A program made the translations under genes and the position numbers. Positions 13,836-26,843 of a stretch of DNA of 64,000 bases are shown in pieces (position 1 is the first letter of the stretch; each line of letters begins with the position of its first letter). Source of the DNA: Nitrospirales bacterium (GTDB lineage Bacteria; Nitrospirota; Nitrospiria; Nitrospirales; UBA8639); contig CBDBCZ010000010.1 in assembly GCA_965203295.1 (NCBI GenBank), positions 1 through 64,000 of the forward strand. Reading direction: 5' to 3'. The notes under the pieces were generated by a model. It saw only the letters and a list, made by a program, of their open reading frames with translations. It did not search any database and was not told the origin of the DNA.

Positions 13836-15065
13836 CAAAAGGCGAGCAATATTCAGTGAGGCTGGAAATAGGCCAATAAAAGTGAAACACATGAGTGCAT
13901 GAATATACGTTTCAACGAAAGTAATCTTTAATGAGGCTAGAGTACAGGAATATGAGCAAGTTTGCAATGTCCTGACTGCATTCTTTAGTCCACTTCAATA
14001 GGGACAGACGATGTATCAGAGCGACTTTGCGCTGTTTACAGGATATTCTTCAGTGACCTGATCAATGGCATTGCAATACAAGCATCCGTGGTCAGTGGTT
14101 CTCGGCAATGTGTGGAATGAGGATTAGCTTCTAGCCAAAATTCAACACATGACTGACATCCCAAACCAACACTGCAACATGGAGAAACAGAAGCCGGAAA
14201 GGCAGCAGTTGACTTATAGGTCAGGCAGTCAAAACACTGGCAAAGCTCAAGAAAATAATTTCAGCTTTTCTCGCCCTTTTTGTTCCCTCTTCTGCATATT
14301 TTTGCTTCTGCTCAGCAGTCTCACAAACTTCTTTCTCAAGGCGTTCTTCCATACCACTTTTAGGACATTTAGGTAGTGGCTCAAAATCAGTCAGAGCCGG
14401 TGTCACTGACTCCCCGTCGGTTTGCCTCGCTTCACTTGAACTCTGAATTGCAAAAGGCGAGCAATATTCAGTGAGGCTGGAAATAGGCCAATAAAAGTGA
14501 AACACATGAGTGCATGAATATACGTTTCAACGAAAGTAATCTTTAATGAGGCTAGAGTACAGGAATATGAGCAAGTTTGCAATGTCCTGACTGCATTCTT
14601 TAGTCCACTTCAATAGGGACAGACGATGTATCAGAGCGACTTTGCGCTGTTTACAGGATATTCTTCAGTGACCTGATCAATGGCATTGCAATACAAGCAT
14701 CCGTGGTCAGTGGTTCTCGGCAATGTGTGGAATGAGGATTAGCTTCTAGCCAAAATTCAACACATGACTGACATCCCAAACCAACACTGCAACATGGAGA
14801 AACAGAAGCCGGAAAGGCAGCAGTTGACTTATAGGTCAGGCAGTCAAAACACTGGCAAAGCTCAAGAAAATAATTTCAGCTTTTCTCGCCCTTTTTGTTC
14901 CCTCTTCTGCATATTTTTGCTTCTGCTCAGCAGTCTCACAAACTTCTTTCTCAAGGCGTTCTTCCATACCACTTTTAGGACATTTAGGTAGTGGCTCAAA
15001 ATCAGTCAGAGCCGGTGTCACTGACTCCCCGTCGGTTTGCCTCGCTTCACTTGAACTCTGAATTG
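13836..15065. repeat. 615-bp direct tandem duplication containing a degenerate RING-finger coding fragment on the minus strand
   Basis: Units 13836-14450 and 14451-15065 (ORFs 14149 and 14764 are identical and offset by 615). Minus-strand translation across a frameshift: FDCLTYK...SPCCSV / GCQSCVEFWLEANPHSTHCREPL. Confidence 0.88.
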
Positions 15066-16679
15066 AGAACAACCCGAATCCGCTTAGAAGTGTTCCAGAA
15101 CCTTGCAGCTGTATTTGCAAACAAATACTGCAATCGCGAGTCAATCAAGCAAAGTTCACTTGTTAGGTCTTCTATAGAGTGAACAGCAGACAGAAATCAA
15201 CATTTGATTACTTTAAGGTTTTTAGTGCATGCTGTTTGCCAGTTTCTCATTAAAGTCTACACATGCAGTAATGCAGTCTCATCCTGTGGTCCACTTTATA
15301 TACACACACACACACTTTAAAGAGATTTTAATAAAAAATGAATCACACTAAGTATTTCCAGTCTGTGATTAATTAACTATAAAAAATTTCTCCACAGACG
15401 ATGCCTACATTGAAAAATTTGTTCATACAATATAGCCACTAGCCCCAACTATTAACATGCCAGCCCTATTAGCTTCCACTACAAATGTAGACCACTCACC
15501 CTTGGTGGTGGGAGTATTGGATAACTTCAGAGGTTCTCCCTGGACACATGATCAGCCACCAGCTCGGCAACGCCGTTCATATTAGCAACTACCTCTGCCA
15601 TTTGTACTGGAAGATTGGAAAATTGCCACTGGGCTTCTCGGTCGCTCTATTTGTAAATTGTCAACATACTTGCGCCATTCTATGACAGACGGTGGCTTCT
15701 GACGGGATGCTAAAGCCAGATCACGATGCGAAAGACAAGCTTCATCACTGTACTATTGGTGGTTTCTAATGCTGAATGAGGCTGGTGGTGAACGTTGGTA
15801 CTCCCTTTTTCCTCCTTTTTTCCGGTGCCTGGTAAGTAAATGGGGTCATCTGTGCAGGTTGCATGGTACATGCCCACTGCCTGTACTTAAAAAACAGACC
15901 GGGCTTTCCATCCCCCACTTCTCCCACAGCCTCAAATGGATATGTTGGCCTCTCGTTGTGCCCTAATCCTTACCTATTGTAATGGCTTCTTCGCGCACAA
16001 GCACACAGGCCGTCCGCCGACTGTTGCTCGTTCGGTCGCTGTTCCAGGTGGAAACCACAGCCTTGTCCATGATAGTACACTTGGGATGGTGAAAGGGAGA
16101 TGTAAGCTCTGCACTCTTGGTGGGCGTCGCCTTCATTGACTGCTGGAAGGCGCAAAGTGGGCTTAGAAACTTTTTATGCTTGTTCTTTGTCGTTTGTCTT
16201 TCTAAAACTCCGTGTTACAGCTTGTACGGCCATTAGATTCTGTCCCCACTCCACTCACTATCTACGTCTGTAACCTCACTGTATAGATCTAGTCTATTCT
16301 AAACCAAATCTACTGCCTATTCCTCAGCATTCTTAGAGATTTTATTACTACCTAGTCTCTGCCGTGCTTTTACAACTTGTGTACACGTCACATAACCTAA
16401 CACATGTTACCATGGGAACGTATTGTGCCTCAGGCAAGTGTGTAGAGAAAGTGTTTCGGTTGTCAATGTTTACTAGTTACCGTTGAGTACCAGGGGATGC
16501 ATGAATGCTGTAGTAAAGGAGCCACCATGGCAACGTAAGTACAGCGACTTTCCAGTGGCTCATGCAAGACTGCCCCAGGAGTTTCATCTTCAGTATGAAG
16601 CTGTAGAATGAGTGTATCAAAGTGGCCATTATAGTTCTCTGTGTAAATAAATGAAGTCTTCAATTTCGACGTATTGTCA

Positions 16680-16880
16680 ATTCCAGTTTTTAGAACTGCA
16701 GAGCCTCTCTGCTGTTTTTCTGATTTGCTGTTTTCCGATATCAGAGTTCCAAAAGTATCTTTGCTGTTTCCTGATTTGCAGTTTTCCCATCCCTAGTTTT
16801 CAGAGTTTCAGGGAAGTCTCTCTGCTGTTTTCCTGATTTGCTGTTCTCCAAATTACCACATTTCAGAGTTCGAAAAAGGT
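16680..16880. repeat. Degenerate short tandem repeat
   Basis: Recurring CTGTTTTCCTGATTTGC and CAGAGTT motifs, 4-5 copies. Confidence 0.5.
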
Positions 16881-17454
16881 GATTCTGTGCTTGTTTTCTC
16901 AATAACTGAATTCAGTACCAGTCACAATTCCGTTTGGATTTCCAAATTAGCTTTTCCAGACCTGCATGTGTATGCCGCTCCCCCACTTACGCGTGACACA
17001 GCATCTTAGGCACTGATTCAAACATTAGTCACACAGTCCTTTCCCAGAGACTGGAACACCCTAAAGGCTTTGATAAACAGCTTATCAAAACGCATGCATG
17101 AGACAAAGGGCACCACTTGTGCAGTTTTTGATACTACAGTACTGGATTATACATATCGCGGTAGAAGAAGTGTAGTAACTATTTTACTAGTATACTTGAA
17201 CTACAAATTTCTGCCCTTGCCTCGTTTCGTCGCATCTCGCCTCACCAGTCTATTTATCTACACGTCTTCGGACTTCACAGTAGAGCGAGATGGAAAGTCA
17301 GTGCAATTTTTAATAGAATACGTTAGGAGCAGTGCAGTTTTAATACAATACAGTAGAGGCAGTGTAGAAACTAGTGTAAGTGTACTACAAATTTCTGCCC
17401 TCGCCTCGTCAGGTCTCGTCTCGTCTTACCAGTCTCTGTACCTCTACAAACCTT

Positions 17455-17640
17455 CGGACTACAAGTTGTATACGATAGAGCAAGACGGTAAGTCAGTGAA
17501 ATTGAAAGCAGCGCAATTGACTACACAAGTGCTCTCAAAAGTGTTTGGGATCTTTCCTGGGGCTATTCTGCTGCTGACCAGTGATGGCTATATAGAGACT
17601 CCAAACGATGAAGACTACTTCAGAGATGTTGACGACTTTT
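17455..17640 (+). pseudogene. Truncated 5' coding fragment of an unknown protein
   Basis: Protein-like stretch YTIEQDGKSVKLKAAQLTTQVLSKVFGIFPGAILLLTSDGYIETPNDEDYF. The upstream part is locally duplicated (about 17170-17310 and 17360-17500). It stops where the KDZ-associated array begins. Confidence 0.4.
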
Positions 17641-17689
17641 CTGGGGAATCTGAGGGTTGTCCAGGATTGCCAACATCCATCCCAAGGGA

Positions 17690-18075
17690 TTTTGGGATTG
17701 TACCACTCGTACCATTTGACAGGGTGGGAAGGGATGTATGGTACATCCCACACTGTCCCTCTACAATGCTACAGTCACTGTATATCATGAGACGTGACGG
17801 TATGGCATGGTACATCCCACACTGTCCCTCAAACCAGGACATAATCCCCGCTGTCCATCCCGTCCCACTGTACCACAGGAAGGGATGGTACGGCATGGTG
17901 CATCCCACACTGTCCCTCACACCAGGGCATAATCCCAGCTGTCCATCCCATCCCTATTGTACCACAGGACAGGATGGTACGGCAAGGTACATCCCACACT
18001 GTCCCTCACACCAGGGCATAATACTAATAATCCCAACTGTCCATCCCGTCCCACGGTACCACACATCATGGAACA
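17690..18075. repeat. Degenerate tandem array of about 70-90-bp units 3' of KDZ gene copy A
   Basis: CATCCCACACTGTCCCTC recurs at about 17744, 17813, 17901 and 17990. Confidence 0.8.
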
Positions 18076-18163
18076 ATCCTTGCTTGCTTAGCTTGATGTC
18101 TGACAAGTAGCAATGCACACTGGAAGTATTTTACAACATCATAATAAAAATCAAAGAAGACAT

Positions 18164-21100
18164 TTAATGAGTATGGAATCCGAGGAATCCTGCCCTATGC
18201 AACTTTTCCTTTTCATGCATGTTATGGATGTCACATAGGTACAGAACAAAGAAAGCGAAAGTGTGCTGGCTCATGTGTGTGGTGTGAGAATATCTTGAGA
18301 GCCAAGAAAATACTTGCTCGCACACTTCTGTATCAACCTGCGTGTATTGTAAAACAGCATTTAGTAATACTTCTTTATAGCAACATAAAACTAAACCCAT
18401 GCAGCAGCATTCTTAAACAGTAATACCTTATCAAGTTTGCGGAACTTGGCTGGATCACAGGTTTCCTTGCACCACTTGTTGGTGTGCCCTTTCATATGCA
18501 TTTTATCTACCACCATTTCAACAGAAACAAGCTGCTTGGCGTACTCAGTGAGGTCAGCCCGCACGGGGTTTCTGGAAAACCTTCTGAGGTGGCAGGCATC
18601 ATCACAGCATATGAAATCTAAAAAACATGATAGTTTGTATTATGAAGTAGAAGACTAGTTTGTACCAGGAGCATTCGATAACCATTCTTAGTAACGTGCA
18701 TTGCTAACACCAAGATACGCCCCCCTCTCTATACTGGTATCTCCAACAATGCAACTCAACCAATGATTGAGCCTAAACAGCTGTTCTTTTACCCCGTCTG
18801 TTCCACATTGTTATACATCTGTAAAATACTGCTAATTATTATTATACGTGTTAATTCCTGCCAGGTGGTTCCCAAAAGCCCAATCTGATCTCAGAGCCCC
18901 CCCCCTCCCCCCACACACACACACAACTCTTTAACATGAACATTTTGCCCACAGTGAAGGCCTGATTACCTATGTCTCGTGCACAGCTTGGATGGAGAGC
19001 ATAGTAATTATGAAGGCAGCCATAGACCTGAACTTTAGACTCAGCAGTAAATAACTCTGTTAAGAGTACAATGATTCCACATGGGCGCATTCCAGCAAGT
19101 ATTCCTGTGAAAGAAAAAAATGTATTCATGCAAACCCCACTGTCCTGAACATCTAAAATATCGAGCTCAGTGCTGGTTCTCATTATTCCCAATGTATGTA
19201 TGTGTGCATTTAGCCTCAATGTTTCCTTACTCCGTGAAGCACACAGGTTTTTCAATCCCAATAGGCTGTGCAATAGAGCAATGGCTATCTGTCTTATCTA
19301 CATGCATACAGGACTTAACTTTTTTTGTGCTACTATACTGATAGTGGAAGTATCTAACAAGGCTTTAGCATCCGTCTCGTATCACTGCACATCAAGCTAG
19401 AACTCAGGCCTGATAACACAATAACCTACCTGCTGACCTCAAATTAAGGCGGATGTGTTTGTCATTTTCAGTGTTACATGACAAGGCGGTTTGGTCATCT
19501 GCCAGTGCACTACATATTGTAGGGGAAGAAAGTTTGTTTAGCAATGATAATATTGTTGCAGGCTTTTGGAATTCTTACCCCTCATTCTGTTGAATGATTG
19601 GACGGTCTGTCCAAGGCTTTTTGGTAGGTTCTGTATCAGAGGTCTCTGTCTCAACCAATATTGTGCAGGTTTCATGCCCATACTGGTGACTGCTCTGCGT
19701 AACTGCTGCACTTTTCACACCTCTCAAAATCTTTGATGACAGCCTTGGGTAAGGATGAAGCCGGCTCCCAGGTGGCATAGACATCTTCCTTACCAAGCCA
19801 GAGAACCTAATACGATTATAAAGTGTTAATTCAACTTTTCAGTACCCTACAGAGCTCTACTTACAACCTGATAGTACTTGCCACCCCTTGTTTTTTCACT
19901 GCAAGTAGCATTTCGACTACTGCTCCCTCAGCTGAAGTTGAAATTTTGTTAGTCGAATGTATTAAAATCAGAGATCTTTTTGTTACTCCTGTTACATACA
20001 ACGTTTAACTATAACATTGCCATTGCCTTGTGCAGGAGTTGAACATGATCGTACTTTGTGCTGCTGACAAAAGCGGGACTTAAAAGCAGGGGAAGCCATA
20101 CATCCTGTCTTGATGTGTCCAGGGAGATCAGGGTATTGGATTGATGCAGCTTCTTTGGCAAGACAGATATCCCGGCGATTTTTCAGATCACCATCGAAGA
20201 CGAAACATTTTTACAGCCAGGGAAGTTGCACTTATGCTCTATAGGGAATAAGTGTACGCAAAAAACTGCATGTAGTTTAGAACATTCATTAGACTCAGCT
20301 AGTCACAAATGTTTGCTTCTTTAGAAGAACCACATGCATAGCAATTTACCTGAGTATCTTCAACTAAAAAGCTGTGCAAGGTGTTTGCAGTATTCGTATG
20401 CATGGGAATGTGACCCACAGAAATTGCTGGGTATCGATTCTGTACTGATAGCACTGCATACTTCAAATGTGCACTCTCAAAGCGTCTGCGATCAAGCCTA
20501 ATGCGACAATGAAGATCTTAGCTGCTGCATGGGAGCACAGACATTATGGAATTTATGGCATATACTGTATTGATCTCTACTGTATTGATCTCTCTTTACA
20601 TGGTTAATATTATGATATACATACCTTTTTGAGGTACTGGTATCTCATCCTTTTCCAAGGTTGAGCATTTCTTTGGGAGCACAGGATATCCATGGGAATA
20701 GTTTTATATCTCTGCTTTCTGACTATAGCTGATTTGACCGAGCAGTAATTCAGCGTCAAACTTCTTCAGCATGCCTAGCTCAAATGTGGTTTCACTACTG
20801 GTTACAAAGTATTCATGTTCTGCTCAATTGGAGTCGTAGAAAGTGACAGATTGGCTACCCTCTGAACTGTACCCGTAGTACTGCCTGAAACTACACCCAT
20901 TGCGAAATTGTGGCAGTATTTGTGGAAATGGGTACCAATAGTAGTGCCACTTGTTTCAGTGTAAAGTGTAGTATGGCTAGGTCTATTGCTTCGAATCAAT
21001 AGCTTGCCATCACAAAGTCGACACCTGCTACACGATGATAGTAGGACTATTCCAAGTGGACTATGACACAAGGAAGTGGGAAAAAGAGCGTGAATTTCAT

Positions 21101-21292
21101 AGATCAGCTGCTTGTCTGTGGGAAAGGCTTTGTCACTGACAACTTGAAGGTTCTTCACAGCTACCTTCACTGCCTCTGGTTGCAACTGCTGGCCATGTTA
21201 ACTTGCTTGACTCACAAACTCTGTGACTACAGACCAGAAACAATTCTCCTTAGAATAGCAGGATCTTGAATCTCTTGAGGTAGCAAATCCAT
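18164..21292 (-). pseudogene. KDZ (Kyakuja-Dileera-Zisupton)-type transposase with CxC domains and chromodomain, copy A, frameshifted
   Basis: Colinear homolog of 49758-54850: MDLLPQEIQDPAILRR, CRLCDGKL...HFHKYCHN, HKCNFPGC..FDGDLKNRRDIC, VLWLGKEDVYATWEPASSLP, RPCGIIVLLTELFTAESKVQVYG, CCDDACHL, VVDKMHMKGH, VDTEVCEQVFSWL. Confidence 0.8.
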
Positions 21293-21379
21293 TCTACTAC
21301 CATGTGGCTATGCTAGAGACCATGCTTTGCTGGGTATGATGTGACACTGATATCACTTCCTTTGTAGAGATGTGAACAC

Positions 21380-21475
21380 ATGGTAGAAAAAGTTGGAAGT
21401 GTTGCTAAGGCCTGTCTTCTACGAGTTTTCTACATCAGTACAGAATGGCAGTTGATACCAAGAGCAGGATACTAG
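21380..21475 (+). pseudogene. Possible relic first exon of the divergent ATPase partner gene of copy A
   Basis: CLLRVFYISTEWQLIPR aligns with RLESCWTLDLNWNLYPR, the first exon of the gene starting at 49604. Same head-to-head geometry. Confidence 0.4.
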
Positions 21476-24400
21476 ACAAAGGCTTGAAAAGTGTTGGTGT
21501 CAGGATTTTAACTGGCAACTAATACCAACCACTTTGAAAGAAGTGGGTTACTGTATATGCCATGAGTCTGTATTACTGCTTAGCAATATATCTTAGGCAA
21601 TTGGATTATAACGTAACTGCCTTCATGGCAGGACGAGGAGCATTGCAGAGGAAATCCAGATCATGAAAGCCAGTAAGTGATACTAAAATGTCAGAGTTCG
21701 TACATATGATCTTGATTGGTAATTGTTAATTAGGCTAGGTTTTGATTAGAGGCAGAGAAACCAAGCCCCACTCATTTAAATGAGGAAGGTTTAAGTTCAG
21801 TGTGAATGTGCTGTAAAAAGTCCTGCATACTTAACTCATTGCACGCCGTAATTACGTCATGCGCGTGATGCTCCACGCCACAGTTTCTACAAAAATGGCG
21901 TACTAGAAGTTTTAGTACAGCGTATGGCTATTTTTATGCTTACCAAGTCAAGTATCCAGCGAATTTTGTGTCGTATTTGTTGGAAGACTACCAGCTACAG
22001 CCATTGACGGCAAAAAGGGCAGCGGATTGGAACCAAGAAGGGATTCCGGATCGATAACCCAATACACGGTAAGTTCGCCACGATACTGTGGTCTTGACGC
22101 TCAGGCAACAAAGATCGACGATCCTGCTGAAGCCCCTCCCCGTCTCTCTCCTGAAGCAGTTAACATCGTATCTGCCAATGAAGTTGACTACAAAGCCTAC
22201 AAAGCCTAACTAACTGTGTAGCAGTGTAGGTAGCCGTAGCTAATCGTCTTGATTGGTTGTATATTTTGCCGTGTATATCCGTTCTATTACTGAGTAGACC
22301 GACTTTCAGCACAGTTACATCACTATTAGTAATCACTGTACTCAATTTTATGGCTAATAAAGGAAGGGGTTGCCCCTCCTGAAAGCCAGGAAAATGTCTG
22401 TTCACACAATTCAGTGTCAACCCAAACAGGTGTACACATGAAGAGTTTCAGTTGGAATAACAAACAGCCAGAAACATGGTAAGTAAAGTGTATCAACCCT
22501 AACCCTAACCAGTGTCTTAGTGAACATACTTGATACTAGAGTAACATCTGCACACAACAATTTATATTTGCTCATTTTTGTCACTGTTATCTACTCTTTC
22601 CCCTTTGGAGTGCCCTACAGTTGTATTGTATTGTCAGTATGTTCTCATACATACATCATTTAAATCCTCAATCTCCCAAGAGTCACAATGTCTTAGGCAC
22701 CCCAGCAATATGCATTTTATGGACGACTATCTTGACTTCTGATATCCTCTTGGTTGTTTCTGTAACATCTCATCGTATAGGATCTGAGGCCAATTTAGAG
22801 AGATGGCATCATCTTAACATATGTATCCTGTATGCAGAGAGAGTTGATAATGTCTTGTATTTCCGAAATTGTGTTTTGTAAAACAGATAAAGCAGCACAC
22901 TCCATATAGCCATTTCAGATTTTATGTAAATGTACTTACGGAGGTAGAGACTTACTTCTCATGTAGTCATGGAGCGCCCCATACACCTGCGACTTTGACT
23001 GTGCTACATATAGCTCAGCCACTAGTGTCACGGTGCCACATAACTAGACACCAGCTACTATCCCTAGAAAGACACATTAGTATCATGTCACATTTAGAGA
23101 CTCTAGTGATTGTAGGAAGCTTATAAAATAAAAAGGTTTTGGTTTCATAATGAAGCCATGTACAAAGTTACCTGCAGGGTGAAAATTCAGCTTCTTAAGC
23201 ATATCCTTTTCTGACATTCTTGACCCAGCTTCTTAAGCTTATCCTTTTCTGACATTCTAAACGTGTGTCATTATTTTATCCACAACCACTGCTGCATGGT
23301 GTATTGAATAGCATGCACACATGCATACCTCCATACTTTGCAGCAAATATACGTGACTGAATTTGCGAAAACCCGGCACTTACCGCATTTCATGAAAATT
23401 GAGATCGCGTCAGTTTCGTACACTGTACCTTGTGACGGGGTTGTCTTTGAACTCATTCACATTATACAACCAGACCTGCCTTCAGAGAACCTTATAAAAG
23501 AGACTGATGGAGAAAGAGCACATTCACAAATTTATGAATTCTCATTGCAGCTCTACTTCCTACCTTTTTCAAGTGAAGAAGTGTTTACATCCAGCATTCC
23601 GTTAGAATGCCTGTGGATGACTTTCAGAAGCTCCTTTTATCCCACTCCCTTTGATGACTGATGGTGACGAGTATTCAGATTTAAAGATCTCTATGGAAAA
23701 GGTGTTGATGAACGAGACCATCCGTCTAGTATGCTCAGCTTAACTGCTGAAGTAGACAAGGAAAGAAAGGATCTCTTTGCGACCTCTAAAGTTAAACGTG
23801 TATTTACCTCAACTGTCTAGAGTGTTCAAGCCACATTGCATTTTTTTTTCAAGAAGGAAACTATCTCTGGATCAGAACCCACTCTTAATGAACTGGAGCA
23901 CTTTCGCCTGTACATGTGTGGATCATCCCTATTCCCCCTGACTTACCTGTTTCCAATTCGATTTGCATTAAAGAAACTCTGACCTGCAGTGACCCCAAAT
24001 ACTTCTCTGCAACACTTGTTCATTTCCCCGCTGTGTGTTACTCATGTGGTTCTCCATAAGAGACACTTGTTAAAGAATGTGAATACTCAGACTTGGAATG
24101 AAATTATTACACTATGCATGCAATCTGTATGTTTTCTAAAAGTAAGGAAAAAAAGCCGTTTGCTCGACATCCTCTGAATGCTCCTAAGCGTAAGACAATA
24201 TTTTAAAAGGAAATTGATCAAGTTAATTGCCTTATTATTATTATCAGACCGACCTACCGACCCTATGTGAAGCCAAAGAAGGCCCAAGAAACAGATAATC
24301 AAGTTGAAGTGGCCTTTGGGGCTTGAAAGAATAGACGGAATCACTGGAAAGAGAGGAAATAATGTGGTGAGTATTACAATTCAAAAGTCTGTAGGAAGCA

Positions 24401-24963
24401 CATTGACTCCTTTTCTGATATGCTCTATACGGCAATACGTCTTCAGAAAACACACACTTCCAGGTGACGAGGAAGGTCGTCTAGAGCTGTGTCACAAGTT
24501 GCAGAAATTTGATTCCCTTTCACCGTATACCAAGGCATTGCAAGACAAGGCTGCATGAGAGAATACAGAATACAGAGTAGACAGGAAGCTTCGACAATAG
24601 AGTTCACTACATTTTCTGATGAAAAGCAACTTTGTTTGGAGATTCAGTGTTAGCTTTGACAATAGAGTCTACCACATTTTCTGATGAAAGACAGAGATTC
24701 AGTGCTATTAAATTTTCAAAGTGGAAAAACGACATTTGACTGCAGTACCACAAAGTCCTTTTAATTTTTTGACCTAGAAATGTGGAGACAGCTATAGGCT
24801 GCCCTGGTGAATCTCATTTAAGAATAAGGAAACAGTTAGCTGTGTCGCTATTATGGCCAGAATGGGAATGACTGGAATTTTGTTATTTATAGCCTGACAC
24901 ATAGTTTGTACACATAATGTACACATTTACATTTGTAGATAGGTTTTGATGCCTACTATTGTA

Positions 24964-25041
24964 TAACCGTGTTCCCAGGCTCCACCCTCTAGGTACAAGA
25001 TGCAATAAAAAGCTGGGGTGTGGAGCCTGGCAACAAGGCCA
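24964..25041. mobile_element. 78-bp miniature derivative of the AcademH termini
   Basis: TAACCGTGTTCCCAGGCTCCACCC...AAAAGCTGGGGTGTGGAGCCTGGCAACAAGGCCA matches the TIRs at 43826 and 62175. Flanking duplication CTATTGTA. Confidence 0.75.
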
Positions 25042-26439
25042 CTATTGTACGTACTACATCTACCGAAGTTAGAGCTTAATGTTCCTTTGTGTAGGACATC
25101 TGCACCTGCACCTCCACCAAGGTCTTCTCCACGCAAGCAGCAAGTCATGAGAACAGATGCAAGTAACAAGATTGCCATAGTATCCTGCCTATCCAGTAAT
25201 GTATGCATGTATACACTCAAGTTTGATCAGTATCCAGTTGTTTATGTACTTATTCCCATTACCAGCTTTGCTTATTCCTCTATATTCCATCATGCAGCTT
25301 TTCATTTTTGTAATGACAATCTAAAGCAGTATGCCATCCTGAAGAATCAGAGAGTCGGTAGACTCTCTATGTAGGGATGGCACGGACACTCCATATATGC
25401 AATATAAAATCAATGTTTCCAAATCTCTGCAAAAAATAAGCTTTAAGCTTTTATAGGTATCTAACCTTCATTTTCGGGGGTTTCTGCAACCAACAAGGCT
25501 CACAAAGTTGCCAAAAGCTTCGCTAAAGTAGAAAACTGGAAGCTGGCTGAACTACCAGTTGTTCACGTTCTAATTGTGGTTTCTTATTATTATTCTTCTT
25601 CAACGAGGCTAGCTCAAAATTGGTTTAAGTGATTGCCGTGATTGTAGCATGAAAGATCTTCATTTTCGAGCGCACAGGTCCACGACAACATAATCTTCAT
25701 AATGATCAAACCAATTCTCGAACGTGATATACACAGTCGTCAGGCCACTTCTCAGATTACGGAGAATTTAATGAAAACGGAAAATGGTTACGTGAGGCGT
25801 GGTAGTACTGTGTAATCAACTTCCTCTGACATCCGGTTAGTTTGGCAAGGCTAGCTTCGCGAGGCAGGCTGCTAGAATCGCCGGACTTGCGAGCGATCTT
25901 GTAGGAACAGGAGTATAGCTTCGACCCTGCAAGCGCCATCTCCCAACTCCTTACCGTTTGTCGGAGAGCGTCGGGTAAGTCCATGCGGATCGGGCGGGGC
26001 GTCTCCAGACAGGGTCACGAACTTTTGTGGCACGTTTTTTTTCCCCCCACCGGACGATTACAATCTATATATCGTTCGAAAGCCCGTGAAATTCTCTACA
26101 AAATATGTGCAAATCGCGGTGGTATGTCGTCCAGTTTTTGCAAAACTGCGCCTATTAGACGGACAAAAAATTGATTACGCGCAATGGAAATATCAAACGG
26201 ATACTGTTCTGAGCGCATAAATCGGTGGAGAAACTCGGATTCCCTCGTCACAGCAGTGCTAAGAACCATGGTAAGTTAGATCTCTCTATGATGGATGTAG
26301 TTTGTAACAATAAAAAAAACAACAAGCATACAGTGTACCTTCTTGGTCTACCGTGGAGTTAGATAGCATACACATGCTACGAGAATGGACCTATTCCAGC
26401 TAGTGCAGGCCACACCACGTGCAGGTGAGGTACGTAGTG

Positions 26440-26843
26440 GCCCAGGCATGGTATGTGTGTGTGCACTGTGTTGATGTGTGCATGTGTAGGGCTAAAATTG
26501 GCATGGCATGACGTGTGTGCAGAATGTAGGTGTGTGCGAAGTACTCAAAAGACAAATCTGTTCAGTGCACAAACAGAAATCAGTGTGAGTCAGTCAACTC
26601 GTGAGTAATGGTCCAGGCATGGTATGTGTGTGTGTGCATTGTGTAGGTGTGTGCATGTGTAGGGCTAAAGTTGGCATGGCATGACGTGTGTGCAGAATGT
26701 AGGTGTGTGCGAAGTACTCAAAAGACAAATCTGTTCAGTGCACAAACAGAAATCAGTGTGAGTCAGTCAACTCGCCAACTCGTGAGTAATGGTCCAGGCA
26801 TGGTATGTGTGTGTGTGCATTGTGTAGGTGTGTGCATGTGTAG
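26440..26843. repeat. Internal tandem repeat (about 171-181-bp units) of the foldback element, continuing at 34151-34392 and 35049-35104
   Basis: CCAGGCATGGTATGTGTG...GAAGTACTCAAAAGACAAATCTG...CAGTCAACTCG units. Confidence 0.85.

Noticed and set aside
17070..18110. 346-aa ORF as a single gene
   Set aside because: It is a chimera of a short coding fragment and a translated tandem array.
22495..22511. Telomere-like AACCCT repeats
   Set aside because: Fewer than three copies; not significant.
23300..24000. Possible decayed coding fragments (FKDLYGKGVDERDHPS, EPTLNELEHF)
   Set aside because: Too degraded to assign a family by eye.
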